64,000 nucleotides of DNA from Candidatus Methanogaster sp. (GCA_003194445.1 PQXF01000001.1:140014-204013); one strand, 5' to 3'; shown: positions 51,778 through 62,143, counted from the first letter of the stretch. Program-made: numbers and translations. Notes: generated by a model from the sequence alone, not told the origin.

Positions 51778-53514
51778 TTAGTAGACGGACATGAGATTGT
51801 CCCCTGCACCCACGCTATCGCCTTCAGAGACGAAGATCTCCCTGACGATCCCGCTGTGCTGGGAATGGATGTTGTTCTCCATCTTCATAGCCTCGATCAC
51901 CGCAACGACATCGCCCTCCTCGACTACGTCCCCTTTTGAAACTTTCAGCCCGAGAACCATTCCGTGCATGTTGCTTGCTATCCCGCCTTCTACGGACGCG
52001 GTGGGCGACTTCGCATCGCCGGCATCGTTGGCCACAGTCATCTCACCAGCCCCCGTGGCGAGGACCTCGACAACGAACGGCTCTCCATCGACTACCACCT
52101 TGAATTTGTTAAATATTCCAGTATGCGACTCCACTCCACTGCCACCGGTTGCCGCTGCCGACTTTAACTTCTCTTCCTCTGCCTCGCCCATAAGGAACTT
52201 CGGAGCGATCTGCGGATAGATCGCATAAGTCAAGACATCCTCCTCTTTCCCGATGATGCCGAGTTCCTGTGCTTCTTTTGTCCGCATCTCAAGTTCGGGT
52301 GGGAGCAGGTCGGCAGGTCGGCATGTTATAGCCGCACCATCACCAAGCACTTTTGCAAGCAGCTGCTTGTTGATCGGCGCAGGCGGTCTTCCGTATATGC
52401 CGCTTACATAGTCCCGCACCTCCTTTGGTATGACCTTGTACCGCTCGCCCATTAAGACATTCAGGACCGCCTGAGTGCCCACGATCTGACTGGTCGGCGT
52501 TACAAGCGGCGGATAGCCAAGATCCTCCCGCACCTTCGGCATCTCTTGAAGCACATCGTCATACCGGTCCATCGCGTTCTGTTCCTTAAGCTGCGATACC
52601 AGATTTGATAACATTCCCCCCGGTATCTGGTGGATCAGGACGCTCGTGTCGATCTTCTCGGATACCGGATCGAGGATGCTTCTGTATTTTTCTTTTACCC
52701 CGTCGAAATACTCCTTTATATCGGTCAGGAGAGTAAGGTCAAGACCGGTATCGTACGGTGTTCCATCAAGCCCTGCAACCACAGTCTCTGTCGGCGGCTG
52801 GGATGTGCCGCCTGCAAATGGAGAGAATGCGGTATCCAGTATATCAACCCCTGCCTTGCAGGCAGCCATGTAGCTCATGGGCGCCATCCCGCTGGTGCTG
52901 TGCGAATGCAGGTCAACAGGCAGCCCGACCTCGTCCTTGAGTGTCTTGATAAGGTCGTAAGCGGCGTGCGGCGAGATGAGACCTGCCATATCCTTTATGC
53001 AGATAGAGTCGCAGTCAAGCGATGCCAGTTCTCTTGCATTAGCGACGAACGTCTCTATCGTGTGCACAGGGCTTATTGTGTAGCTGATCGTCCCCTGAAC
53101 GTGCGCACCTGTTTTCTTTGCTGCAGTGATTGCAACCTCCATATTCCTGATGTCGTTTACGGCATCGAAGACCCTGAATATCTCGATTCCGTTTTCTGCT
53201 GATTTTTCAACGAATTTGATTACAATATCATCAGGATAATGCCGGTATCCGACAAGGTTCTGCCCCCGAAGGAGCATTTGAAGCGGGGTCTTCCTGATTT
53301 CATCCGCAAGGCTTCTCAGCCGGTCCCATGGGTCTTCATTCAAGAACCGGATGCAGACATCAAAGGTTGCACCGCCCCAGACCTCGAGCGAGAAGAAGCC
53401 GACGCTGTCCAGTTTCTCTGCGATCGGGAGCATATCCCGAGTCCGCATCCTGGTTGCGATCAGGGACTGGTGCGCATCCCTTAGCGTGGTATCGGTTATT
53501 GCTACTTGCGTCAT
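51778..53514 (-). CDS. pycB: Pyruvate carboxylase subunit B
   Basis: [26 protein letters not shown] biotin site. Confidence 0.93.
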   Translation of the reverse strand: MTQVAITDTTLRDAHQSLIATRMRTRDMLPIAEKLDSVGFFSLEVWGGATFDVCIRFLNEDPWDRLRSLADEIRKTPLQMLLRGQNLVGYRHYPDDIVIKFVEKSAENGIEIFRVFDAVNDIRNMEVAITAAKKTGAHVQGTISYTISPVHTIETFVANARELASLDCDSICIKDMAGLISPHAAYDLIKTLKDEVGLPVDLHSHSTSGMAPMSYMAACKAGVDILDTAFSPFAGGTSQPPTETVVAGLDGTPYDTGLDLTLLTDIKEYFDGVKEKYRSILDPVSEKIDTSVLIHQIPGGMLSNLVSQLKEQNAMDRYDDVLQEMPKVREDLGYPPLVTPTSQIVGTQAVLNVLMGERYKVIPKEVRDYVSGIYGRPPAPINKQLLAKVLGDGAAITCRPADLLPPELEMRTKEAQELGIIGKEEDVLTYAIYPQIAPKFLMGEAEEEKLKSAAATGGSGVESHTGIFNKFKVVVDGEPFVVEVLATGAGEMTVANDAGDAKSPTASVEGGIASNMHGMVLGLKVSKGDVVEEGDVVAVIEAMKMENNIHSQHSGIVREIFVSEGDSVGAGDNLMSVY

Positions 53515-53678
53515 ATTACTCTTCCTTTCCTTGTCCTATCCCCTATTAAAAATCTTGCTTAGGCAAAAGATGTTAGCTTGATCGGTTGATGTTGAATATC
53601 CTGCCGGACTCCACGGTTCGATAATTCACTACTTCTCGCGAGTATTCCTTGTAGTATCTCACCTATGCGCTATTTTAT

Positions 53679-54083
53679 TCATCTGGGGTATGCAACGGGT
53701 TCCGGTATGTAACCCGGTCCCATATCAGAGATCGATTTCAGTTTTTCTGGCTTACTATCAAATACATTTGACCACCAATCCGGCAGATTTTCAGAATATA
53801 TATCCCTCTTACCGTTCACATATTTAATCTTTAAATTGCGAGTTATGCTATCATTGACTTTCAAAGTTGCTTTTTCCGTATCATCGATCACTATCTCGAC
53901 TAAGTTTTCATCCTTGTAGATGCAGACGGTTTTATCGTCCCTTGATTTTCTGATTTTTGCACCTTTGGTCCAGCCGATGTTACAATCATCTCTAAGGTAT
54001 TCTAAGAGGTTCTCCTCATCATCTAGGTTCTTCTCATCTTCTATAGGAATGTTGTCCCAGCTAAACAAATACTTTTCAGACAT
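53679..54083 (-). CDS. Hypothetical protein, nearly stand-alone FSWDN domain
   Basis: YLFSWDNIP..KIRKSRDDKTVCIYKDENLVEI..; GGAGGT RBS; low GC. Confidence 0.7.
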   Translation of the reverse strand: MSEKYLFSWDNIPIEDEKNLDDEENLLEYLRDDCNIGWTKGAKIRKSRDDKTVCIYKDENLVEIVIDDTEKATLKVNDSITRNLKIKYVNGKRDIYSENLPDWWSNVFDSKPEKLKSISDMGPGYIPEPVAYPR

Positions 54084-54087
54084 ATTT

Positions 54088-54882
54088 TTACCTCCATAGT
54101 ATGGTTTTAATGATCAAACATATAAATGTGATGATGGAAAGGATAAAAAAGCATATAGCAACAGTAAACCACTTCATCGACGTGAGATACTTTTCTGTAT
54201 TGTAGTTATAATCTTCTTGGAGCTGTTGTAAAAAATGCCGGGTTAGTTCTTCTCCGGAACTGTACAAAAAATTATATAATGTATCATCATATACCCTTAA
54301 CTCACCGTTCTCCTCTTCTTCAACGTTTAGTTTGTGGACTCTGTCTTTACCGAATCGGTCTTTACCGAGTATTAGAGCTGCCATCTCCTGGTCATCAGCA
54401 ATTTTTATTTCGACTAAGTTTTCATCCGTATGGATGCAGATGGTTTTACCATCCGTGGATTTGTCGATTTTTGCGCTTTTCATCCAACTAAGATAGAAAT
54501 AATTATCTATAAGGTATTTTAGAAGTTTCTTGTTATCTTTTCCCGGGACGTTGTCCCAGCTAAACCAATGCTTTTTTTCAAAGACTTTCAACTCCCTATA
54601 CTCGGTCGGAAAGAAAATTAAAACAGTTATGCAAAACGCGATGGCCGAGAAAGTAACAAAACCACTCAATAGTACAGTGTCCATGTATGTAAGTTCCCAT
54701 CCTGTTCTATGCAAAAATAATACCAATGCCAAAATAATTGAAATACTGGTTAAAATTATTCCCAGAAACGCTGAATTTCGGTTAGTTAGGCTAAAAATGG
54801 CGTTCTTTCTTCTTTCGAAAACTTCATTCCCTCGGTCGAGGAGAATCTTATACTTGTCTATTTTGTCTTCTTGTAACGCCAT
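54088..54882 (-). CDS. 3-TM membrane protein with an inserted FSWDN domain
   Basis: Two N-terminal TMs, WFSWDNVP..KIDKSTDGKTICIHTDENLVEI.., C-terminal TM. Confidence 0.75.
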   Translation of the reverse strand: MALQEDKIDKYKILLDRGNEVFERRKNAIFSLTNRNSAFLGIILTSISIILALVLFLHRTGWELTYMDTVLLSGFVTFSAIAFCITVLIFFPTEYRELKVFEKKHWFSWDNVPGKDNKKLLKYLIDNYFYLSWMKSAKIDKSTDGKTICIHTDENLVEIKIADDQEMAALILGKDRFGKDRVHKLNVEEEENGELRVYDDTLYNFLYSSGEELTRHFLQQLQEDYNYNTEKYLTSMKWFTVAICFFILSIITFICLIIKTILWR

Positions 54883-54913
54883 CTTCCCACCCCGCACCGT
54901 ACTAAATCACCGA

Positions 54914-55114
54914 ATGCAGACATCAAAGGTTGCGCCACCCCAGACCTCAAGCGAGAAGAAGCCGACGCTGTCCAGTTTCTCTGCGATCGGAGCATATCCC
55001 GGGTCCGCATCCTGGTTGCGATCAGTGACTGGTGTGCATCCATTAGCGTGGTATCGGTTATTGCTACGTGCGTCATTTCACTCTTCCTTCCTTGACCTAT
55101 TCCTTATTAAAAAT
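54914..55114 (-). pseudogene. Duplicate of the pycB 5' end and its upstream region
   Basis: Direct repeat of 53350-53554; [17 protein letters not shown], then a 1-bp frameshift. Confidence 0.9.
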
Positions 55115-55183
55115 GGCGATCGTTCAAGTGGGTGTTGCATGAGATTGTTAGGTCACGCGAGTGGCTATGGCGCGTGGACAAAT

Positions 55184-55270
55184 TGGCGCAATCAAAATTA
55201 TAGTGAAAAGACTTCTGATTGTGGCAGCCAAATTCGTGCAATTCGGGGAATTCGCCCGCATTCGTGTTTA
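55184..55270 (-). mobile_element. Partial family A copy
   Basis: GGCGCAATC..AGTGAAAA..CTGATT..ATTCGTGCAATTC resembles 33255-33350. Confidence 0.5.
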
Positions 55271-55377
55271 AAACCTGCACACACGTTTTCCGAAGCTATC
55301 ATCAGATCCGGCCACACTGCCAAAAGTTGCAAAAAAACAGATGCAAAAAGAAAAAAGGGTGCGTGGGTTACCACGCT

Positions 55378-57045
55378 TCAGTACATGCCTTCCATTCCAG
55401 GTGGCATTCCGCCCATGCCGCCCATATCAGGTGGCATTCCGCCGCCACCTTGTGGCATTGGTTCTCCTCTGGATGCGATAACGTCGTCGATCCGCAGGAT
55501 CATGACAGCTGCCTCTGCAGCAGAACTGATCGCCTGGGTCTTGACACGCAGCGGCTCAACAATGCCTGCTTCCCACATGTCAACGATATCGCCGGTGAAC
55601 ACATTAAGTCCTGCATGGATATCGCCGTCCTTGTGCTGGCTCGTCATCTCGACCAGTTTATCGATCGGATCAAGTCCTGCATTCTCTGCAAGCGTCCTCG
55701 GGATGATCTCGAGCGCATTTGCGAATGCGGTCACTGCCAGCTGCTCTCTGCCGGTCAGGCTGTTTGCATATTCCTGTAGTTTCAGCGAGAGTTCGACCTC
55801 TGGCGATCCGCCGCCTGCCACGAGTTTTCCGTCCTCGATCGTGACGCCTACGACACGCAGAGCGTCTTCAAGCGCACGCTCCAGCCCATCGACCACATGC
55901 TCGGTTCCACCGCGCAGTATCAGCGAGACTGCCATCGGGTTCTTGCAGCCGGTTACGAATACCATGTTCCCGCCGCCGATCTTCTTCTCCTCAACCTGAT
56001 CCGCAGTACCGATATCGTCAGCCTCGATCTCATCGAGATTTGTGATGTTCTTAGCACCTGTTGCTTTTGACAGTTTATCAAGATCGCTCTTCTTGCATCT
56101 TCGAATCGCCATTACGCCGGCTTTTGCAAGGAAATGCTGCGCCATGTCATCGATACCTTTCTGGCAGAAGAGAACGGTTGCACCACTGTCAGTGATCTTT
56201 GTGACCATGTTCTTAAGCATCTTCTCTTCCTGATCCAGGAATGACTGGAGCTGGTCAGGCGAGGTGATCTGGATCTCTGCATCTACTTCAGTACTCTTCA
56301 GTTCGACCGCAGTGCTCAGCAGCAGGATCTTTGCGTTTTCGACCTTCTTTGGCATGTTCGGGTGTACCCGCTCCTTGTCGATGATCATGCCGCTTATCAG
56401 TTCAGAGTCCTCAACAGAGCCGCCAACCTTCTTTTCAACCTTGATATTCTCGATATCAACGGTCATCTTGCCATCGGCCTCCTCTGCAACCGACCGGACC
56501 GAATCAACACAGAGTTTGGAAAGCTTGTCCCTCGCCCCTTCGATCCCCTTTCCGGTCATCGCGGTGTTTGAGATCTTAAGAAGTGCAACCTCGTCACCTG
56601 ACGCGACGTCGGTCGCGATCGATTCGAGTATCTCGTCAGCTTTGAGGGCTGCAAGCCTGTACCCGGATGCGATGATCGTCGGGTGTACGTCCTTGTCAAG
56701 CAGTTCCTCTGACATCTTCAACAGCTCTCCGGTCAGAACCGCAGCGGTCGTTGTGCCGTCCCCTACCTCGTCATCCTGGGTCTTTGAAACCTCTACGACC
56801 ATCTTAGCTGCCGGGTGCTCGATATCCATCTCTTTTAAGATGGTGACACCGTCGTTTGTGATAACGATGTCGCCGAGTCCGTCCACAAGCATCTTGTCCA
56901 TTCCCTTTGGTCCAAGCGTGGTGCGTACCGCAGCGGCTACTGCCTTCGCAGCCATGATGTTCGAGTTCTGTGCATCTCTTCCGCGTGTTCTTTCGCTTCC
57001 TTCACGCAAGATGAATATTGGCTGTCCTCCAAGTTGTCCTGCCAT
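55378..57045 (-). CDS. ths: Thermosome subunit (group II chaperonin)
   Basis: [19 protein letters not shown] tail. Confidence 0.97.
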   Translation of the reverse strand: MAGQLGGQPIFILREGSERTRGRDAQNSNIMAAKAVAAAVRTTLGPKGMDKMLVDGLGDIVITNDGVTILKEMDIEHPAAKMVVEVSKTQDDEVGDGTTTAAVLTGELLKMSEELLDKDVHPTIIASGYRLAALKADEILESIATDVASGDEVALLKISNTAMTGKGIEGARDKLSKLCVDSVRSVAEEADGKMTVDIENIKVEKKVGGSVEDSELISGMIIDKERVHPNMPKKVENAKILLLSTAVELKSTEVDAEIQITSPDQLQSFLDQEEKMLKNMVTKITDSGATVLFCQKGIDDMAQHFLAKAGVMAIRRCKKSDLDKLSKATGAKNITNLDEIEADDIGTADQVEEKKIGGGNMVFVTGCKNPMAVSLILRGGTEHVVDGLERALEDALRVVGVTIEDGKLVAGGGSPEVELSLKLQEYANSLTGREQLAVTAFANALEIIPRTLAENAGLDPIDKLVEMTSQHKDGDIHAGLNVFTGDIVDMWEAGIVEPLRVKTQAISSAAEAAVMILRIDDVIASRGEPMPQGGGGMPPDMGGMGGMPPGMEGMY

Positions 57046-57221
57046 TTTTTATCATGCCTCACTTATATTATTAATGACCTCGATGTAATAATCAGGTCAA
57101 CAAAACAGTGATAGTACTTCTATAAAAGGCTTGTGGTGGCGAGTGGGAGTCTTTCTAATTTCATCTGGTCGGTTGAAAAACACGATGTCAATTCTGCAAA
57201 CACTGGTATGATTGGGTGGTG

Positions 57222-57390
57222 GAATCAGTGAAATCGGCGTTAATCTGTGGCTAAAACTTTTATTTGCCATAGATTAACACCGATTACGCAGATTAACGGT
57301 GTAAACATCTTTTTAGATCGATAGTACCACATTCTGGAAGTTGTGCTTACCTAAGACAATCCGACATTCCAGAAAATAATAAAGAGCCTC
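57222..57390. repeat. Extended family C element
   Basis: Inverted match to 42425-42580. Confidence 0.75.
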
Positions 57391-57565
57391 GCGAGTGGTT
57401 GTCGGCTTGCCACAAGCGTTTGCACAGGGTTGGCAAATCTCCGAGTTTTTCAGATGTTAGGAACCGACACAGCAGAGACAAGACTCGGATCGACAACCTA
57501 CTGCCTGCCGCTGCCGGAACAATGCAAACATCCGGACAATGCCGGATAACTTCACAGCTGTACCG

Positions 57566-57693
57566 CATATCAAAAATACCTAAAAGAAGACAAGCTCACC
57601 AACAAATTGTTAAGGAGATATGCGAGCGGGAGTGTGGGAAGTGGGGAGTGGGGGTTAGTGTGGTTAAAAAGGTTTTAGAAACCCGCTCGCATA
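57566..57693 (-). ncRNA. Putative sRNA, copy 1
   Basis: Minus-strand TTTATATA at 57715-57722; 12-bp stem 57619-57630/57682-57693; C-rich loop; U-rich end. Confidence 0.6.
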
Positions 57694-57740
57694 GTATACC
57701 ACTTTACGGGATAGTATATAAACCTTTCTACTCGGCAAAT

Positions 57741-57869
57741 CATATCAAAAATACCTAAAAGAAGACAAGCTCACCAACAAATTGTTAAGGGGATATGCGA
57801 GCGGGAGTGTGGGAAGTGGGGAGTGGGGGTTAGTGTGGTTAAAAAAGGTTTTAGAAACCCGCTCGCATA
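57741..57869 (-). ncRNA. Putative sRNA, copy 2
   Basis: Minus-strand TTTATATA at 57892-57899; identical stem 57794-57805/57858-57869; 175-bp period. Confidence 0.6.
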
Positions 57870-57994
57870 GTACACCACTGTTATGCGGCGGTATATAAAC
57901 CTTGCGGCTCGGTAGGTTATATGCCTTAATACGGATATATATTTACTTAATACCCATATACAGTCATAATACCCATCCGATCACATAACCAACC

Positions 57995-58627
57995 ATGAAA
58001 GAACTCCACAGGGAAATGATAATCGACATCACCCGGACACTTGGACTGGACACGGTCAGTTTTCCGGATGATGCGGATTTCTCGGCGTCATATACGCGTG
58101 CCTCCGGATACGCGCTCTCCAGTCTGGTGATGAGCAGCCACTCCGGAACGCACATCGATGCGCCACTCCACTTTTTTGAGGGGCGCGAATCGCTTGATGA
58201 GGTGCCGGTCGAGCGATTCTTCCTTGATGCGGACGTGATCGAAATTGAATCGCCCACAGCCGTGACCATATCTGAACTGGACAGTTATCCGTTCAAACCC
58301 GGACAGGCGGTTCTCTTCAAGACGCGGAACAGTGATCTGCCACGCGAACGGTTTCACGAGAACTTCGTTTACATCGAATCCGGCGCCGCGCGATGGCTGA
58401 TTGATAGAGGGGTGTCACTGGTAGGATTCGATTATATATCTGTCGAACGCTACGATGATATGGATTTTCCAGTCCATATAATCCTGCTTGGCGCCGGCGC
58501 GCTGATTCTCGAAGATATCGACCTGCGATCTGTCGAGCCGGGGCGATACCATCTGACCTGCCTCCCGATCAAGACCGTTCATGCGGATGGCGCGCCGTGC
58601 AGAGCGGTTCTGCGGAGGCTGTTATGA
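57995..58627 (+). CDS. Cyclase-family (KynB-like) metal hydrolase
   Basis: HSGTHIDAPLHF, VGFD, DGAPCRA. Confidence 0.9.
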   Translation: MKELHREMIIDITRTLGLDTVSFPDDADFSASYTRASGYALSSLVMSSHSGTHIDAPLHFFEGRESLDEVPVERFFLDADVIEIESPTAVTISELDSYPFKPGQAVLFKTRNSDLPRERFHENFVYIESGAARWLIDRGVSLVGFDYISVERYDDMDFPVHIILLGAGALILEDIDLRSVEPGRYHLTCLPIKTVHADGAPCRAVLRRLL

Positions 58628-59706
58628 GCGCCGCAATCATCTGCCCGAGATGTGGGGGCGGCGATTGCATCACTCCTGCTGAAGAGGTGCTTGAGTCGAT
58701 AGCTTCCATGTATGCGGCATGTCAGTCTTGCGCGCCAGACCCCCAAATCAGCAAGCAGTTACCGTTTCATCAGCTCGACCAGCCCTTCCGTAACGTCGAT
58801 GATGCTGCCATGCGGTGCCAGAATTGCGGGAAGCGACATCTCGACATCGTCATCGCGCACGTACTTAAGATACTGGTGCGGGAGGGTTTGCGCGCCAGAG
58901 ATGCCGCGCTCTCTAATGTCGGCACCCCGATGATCACGATTGGGTATCCGGTCCCGTTTCCTCCGAGACTTGGCAGGGACATGCTGATCCTTGTCATGGA
59001 CGCGATCGACAAAGTGACCGCAGAGATGCTGGTGGACGAAGTCTATGAGGTTAAGGGTGTGATCGAGCGAAAGGGGGAACCGGGTCAACCGGTCGGGATT
59101 TTGGATGCGGACAGCGCGCCCCACACATATAATCTGCTTGCTGGGTGCGATCTTCGCGGAGATGTCGTCTCATCGGCATTCGGGGAACTGTGCATCTACA
59201 AAACCCAATCTGACACGCATATCGAGTTCTCGCGTGCCGACTCCGACAAGACCCGGGTACTCGAATCGTTATACTACCAGCGGAAGGTGAAAGGTACCGT
59301 TTTGGACGGTTGCTGCGGCGCGGGCACGCTCGGGCTTGTCGCGGTTCTCGCAGGTGCGCGCGAGGTGATACTGAACGATGCATTCCTGCCTGCGGTTAAG
59401 AATACTATTCTTAATATCAAAGCGAACGCATCTATTCTCGGTCTCGATCCTGAACCGGAGCTCCATACCGACCCCTCGAAACTCCCGCTGATAGCTGACA
59501 CCGGTACTCCGAGATTGGTTGCAACAGCGCATGGAGCTGGAGCATCAGGACCCATTGATATCTCGGTGTACCACGGCGACCTTGCGGATCTTGCGGAAGT
59601 GATCGACCGCTGCGACCTCTGCATGGTCGATGCGTTCATCGGCGTTTCGACCGATCGATTCGTGCAGGCATGGAAAGAGCGGGCGGGGATGGTTGTTACA
59701 ATATAA
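58624..59706 (+). CDS. Zn-finger + class I methyltransferase-fold protein
   Basis: Three CxxC pairs, [22 protein letters not shown] overlap. Confidence 0.8.
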   Translation: MSAAIICPRCGGGDCITPAEEVLESIASMYAACQSCAPDPQISKQLPFHQLDQPFRNVDDAAMRCQNCGKRHLDIVIAHVLKILVREGLRARDAALSNVGTPMITIGYPVPFPPRLGRDMLILVMDAIDKVTAEMLVDEVYEVKGVIERKGEPGQPVGILDADSAPHTYNLLAGCDLRGDVVSSAFGELCIYKTQSDTHIEFSRADSDKTRVLESLYYQRKVKGTVLDGCCGAGTLGLVAVLAGAREVILNDAFLPAVKNTILNIKANASILGLDPEPELHTDPSKLPLIADTGTPRLVATAHGAGASGPIDISVYHGDLADLAEVIDRCDLCMVDAFIGVSTDRFVQAWKERAGMVVTI

Positions 59707-59802
59707 GAGTGCTGCGGTGCGGGACTGCCGCGTCACCCAAGCCCCTGTTGTCGATAGCCGCGATCCCATACATGCTTTCGCAGGTGGCGCGATCCTGCGC
59801 AT

Positions 59803-59985
59803 TCAGCACGGGCTCGATCGTGGACGGTGGCTTGGATGAGATCGCATAAGCAACCCGGGTCACGCCGCTGATCTCGTTTGCGGTCCTGCTGCCGATCCGC
59901 TTCAGCAGATCATACGGAAGCTTTGCAAAATCAGGTGGCTATACTGCCCTCCGAAATCCATGACTGCTACGAGTTGCTTCTTCAT
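59803..59985 (-). pseudogene. guaA: Collapsed GMP synthase: only the first ~19 and last ~40 codons remain
   Basis: [19 protein letters not shown] joined to [37 protein letters not shown]. Confidence 0.85.
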
Positions 59986-60239
59986 GCCGATGCCCCGGTG
60001 TCATCTCCAACCGTGTGTCGGTCGCATTTAAGTACTGCGATGAGAGGATTTGCAAGCTTGCATCTTCTCCTTCCGAAGTTTCACTTTTCTTTTGCTCATA
60101 CGTGCGACCATCCATTAAGTTCCAAATTTGCTAAACATTATTTGGAATTGTTCTTTGTACGTCTCTATGTTGCACATAAATGTTTACGAAAGTATAGAGG
60201 ATCGACCCCTTGTCCGCATGTGTTTATAGTCCTAACGGG

Positions 60240-60399
60240 AATTGCTGATGTGCATACGGTTTTCGTGGTTTTATCGGGAAAATGTGGTAAATCCGGTCTG
60301 GATTCTCTGGTCTGGGACTTTCATTACATACCGGCGAGGGAGTTTAGGTGGATGTGGTGGGCGGAAAGTATGGATATCACTATATTTTTCGACAGTACC
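60240..60399 (-). mobile_element. IS-end/MITE family E copy overlapping the helicase 3' end
   Basis: GGTACTGTCGAAAAA terminus; matches 46491-46650. Confidence 0.7.
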
Positions 60400-62022
60400 C
60401 TCTACATCATACCCCTGCCCCATATCGCTTAAGTCCTGCGTATACCACTTCTTTGATTCGGACTTCACGAGGTATGCTGGCAGTAGATAAGAGAAGGCAC
60501 CTTCCGACGTATGTTTTTTGAACTTCGCAGTGGCAATTCCTCCCTTTGCCGGCTTTACATACAACCTCTCAAAGGACTCTCTGACGATCCGCCATACCCT
60601 TCCACCAAGCACAAATATCTCGTCAACCGGATACTGCACCTCACCGATTGTTTGCCTGGAACTGATGTCTATAACCGCAACCACTTTGTTTGATGGAATA
60701 TTCGAATGAATCTCCCCTTTTGCTCCAAGATCCATCAATCTGGTTGTTGCACGCCACTTTTCATTCCATTTTTCGATCCATTCGCTCTTTGCAAGGTGAC
60801 TTAAGATGTCGCGCAGTTCGTCTTCCGGACAGAACCCTTCGAAAAGATTCAGAAGGTGGAAATCGGTAAGCCCACATGGGCTGGCATAAAGCGAGGAGAA
60901 GACCTGTTGCACCACAACAGACGGATCGTGCAAGTAGTCAACCGGTTCGAGGTATCCTGCCATCGCAACGTGAAACATACGTTCAAGCAGCATCTGTTCA
61001 TCCGCAGAACCATACATGGCAAAGACGCGGTTTCGTTTCATACGCCGGCTCCCCCGCCCAATCCGCTGGAGCAGCGATGATATGCTCCACGGGACTTCTG
61101 CAAGCACGATGGCATCGATATCTCCGATATCAATTCCTATCTCAAGCGTCATGGTAGCCACGCAGACTCCATACTGCGCGTCCTTCATGAAACTCTCGGC
61201 TTCTCCGCGAATAGATCTGCTCAAACTGCCATGATGGACAACGACGCGGCTATGACCCCAGAGATCCATGCATTCCCTGGAAAACCCCTCCACTGTTGCT
61301 CTCTTATTGCAAAAGATGAGCAGCTTCCGGATGTTCTCTCTTTTTACGCAGCCATATAGTTCTTCAGCCGATTCTACAAGCGTGTACTCAATTTCTCGTT
61401 TATCAGAGTCTGTGATTACCTCAAAATCTCCAAGATATCTGCTCCCCACCTCCTCTGGAGATGCTATAGTGGCAGAGAGGGCATAGACGTTGAAATCTCT
61501 TTCTGAAAGATGTCTTAGTCTTTTTAAAAGGATCCTGAGTTGATCTCCTCGATATGTGTTGTCGATAAGATGTATTTCATCGAGTATCACGGCTTTTATC
61601 TTCTTAAACGAGCCGGGGTGTCTGCAAATCATCGAATCAAACGACTCGGGTGTGGTGATCAAGACGTCCGGAGACTTGGCCGGGTTAAATCGTGGCGTAT
61701 CACCGGTCTTTAACGACACCGAGACTCCAAGTTCGTCCATCTGCTCCTTGAGGCGGTCGTGCATATCATTAACCAGTGCCTTCGTCGGAGAGATGTAGAG
61801 GATCGTAATGCCATTCATGCCGCCCCACGCTTCCTTCAAATGCCTCTCGATAAGCGGTGCAATCACAGCTTCGGTCTTTCCACTGGCGGTAGATGAGATG
61901 ATGATTGCGTTCTTCCCGGTAAGGACCACAGGAACAGAACGCGCTTGAATCGGAAGGAGCCTACCGTACCTACCAAAGAAAGTAATCCACGTACGCCTGA
62001 GCTTTCGTCTGTCAGAATCCAT
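60271..62022 (-). CDS. Lhr-like DEAD/DEAH SF2 helicase
   Basis: TASGKT, DEIH, SAT, HHGSLS, LEIGIDIG, QRIGR; the last ~43 codons derive from the repeat. Confidence 0.9.
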   Translation of the reverse strand: MDSDRRKLRRTWITFFGRYGRLLPIQARSVPVVLTGKNAIIISSTASGKTEAVIAPLIERHLKEAWGGMNGITILYISPTKALVNDMHDRLKEQMDELGVSVSLKTGDTPRFNPAKSPDVLITTPESFDSMICRHPGSFKKIKAVILDEIHLIDNTYRGDQLRILLKRLRHLSERDFNVYALSATIASPEEVGSRYLGDFEVITDSDKREIEYTLVESAEELYGCVKRENIRKLLIFCNKRATVEGFSRECMDLWGHSRVVVHHGSLSRSIRGEAESFMKDAQYGVCVATMTLEIGIDIGDIDAIVLAEVPWSISSLLQRIGRGSRRMKRNRVFAMYGSADEQMLLERMFHVAMAGYLEPVDYLHDPSVVVQQVFSSLYASPCGLTDFHLLNLFEGFCPEDELRDILSHLAKSEWIEKWNEKWRATTRLMDLGAKGEIHSNIPSNKVVAVIDISSRQTIGEVQYPVDEIFVLGGRVWRIVRESFERLYVKPAKGGIATAKFKKHTSEGAFSYLLPAYLVKSESKKWYTQDLSDMGQGYDVEGTVEKYSDIHTFRPPHPPKLPRRYVMKVPDQRIQTGFTTFSR

Positions 62023-62143
62023 CCGGCAATTCCCCGATCGGCTTATCAGGATGCGAACGAGCAGGGTCAAGAGCTTCTACCAGCTCCTTGATGAATCTGT
62101 GAGGTTCCGGAGCCGATGTTTTGACATGCTCGTTTGCATCCAT
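62012..62143 (-). pseudogene. Possible C-terminal remnant of a BrxD/DUF2791-type ATPase
   Basis: PHRFIKELVEALD..HP; stop overlaps the helicase ATG. Confidence 0.45.

Noticed and set aside
54250..54580. FSWDN insertion as an intein
   Set aside because: No N-terminal Cys/Ser block or C-terminal His-Asn, and too short for a Hint fold.
54530..55999. 489-aa plus-strand ORF
   Set aside because: Antisense shadow crossing ths, an intergenic region, the pycB fragment and another gene; no coherent protein features.
57612..57660. Plus-strand peptide MRAGVWEVGSGG with an AAGGAG RBS
   Set aside because: The RBS is changed in copy 2, and the conserved TATA boxes point the other way. The RNA interpretation is preferred, though this is not fully excluded.
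57566..57915. CRISPR array
   Set aside because: Two 175-bp units with no unique spacers and no cas genes.
59803..59925. guaA 3' end as an integrative-element attachment site
   Set aside because: The guaA start codons are directly joined to it, which indicates internal deletion. No integrase is nearby.
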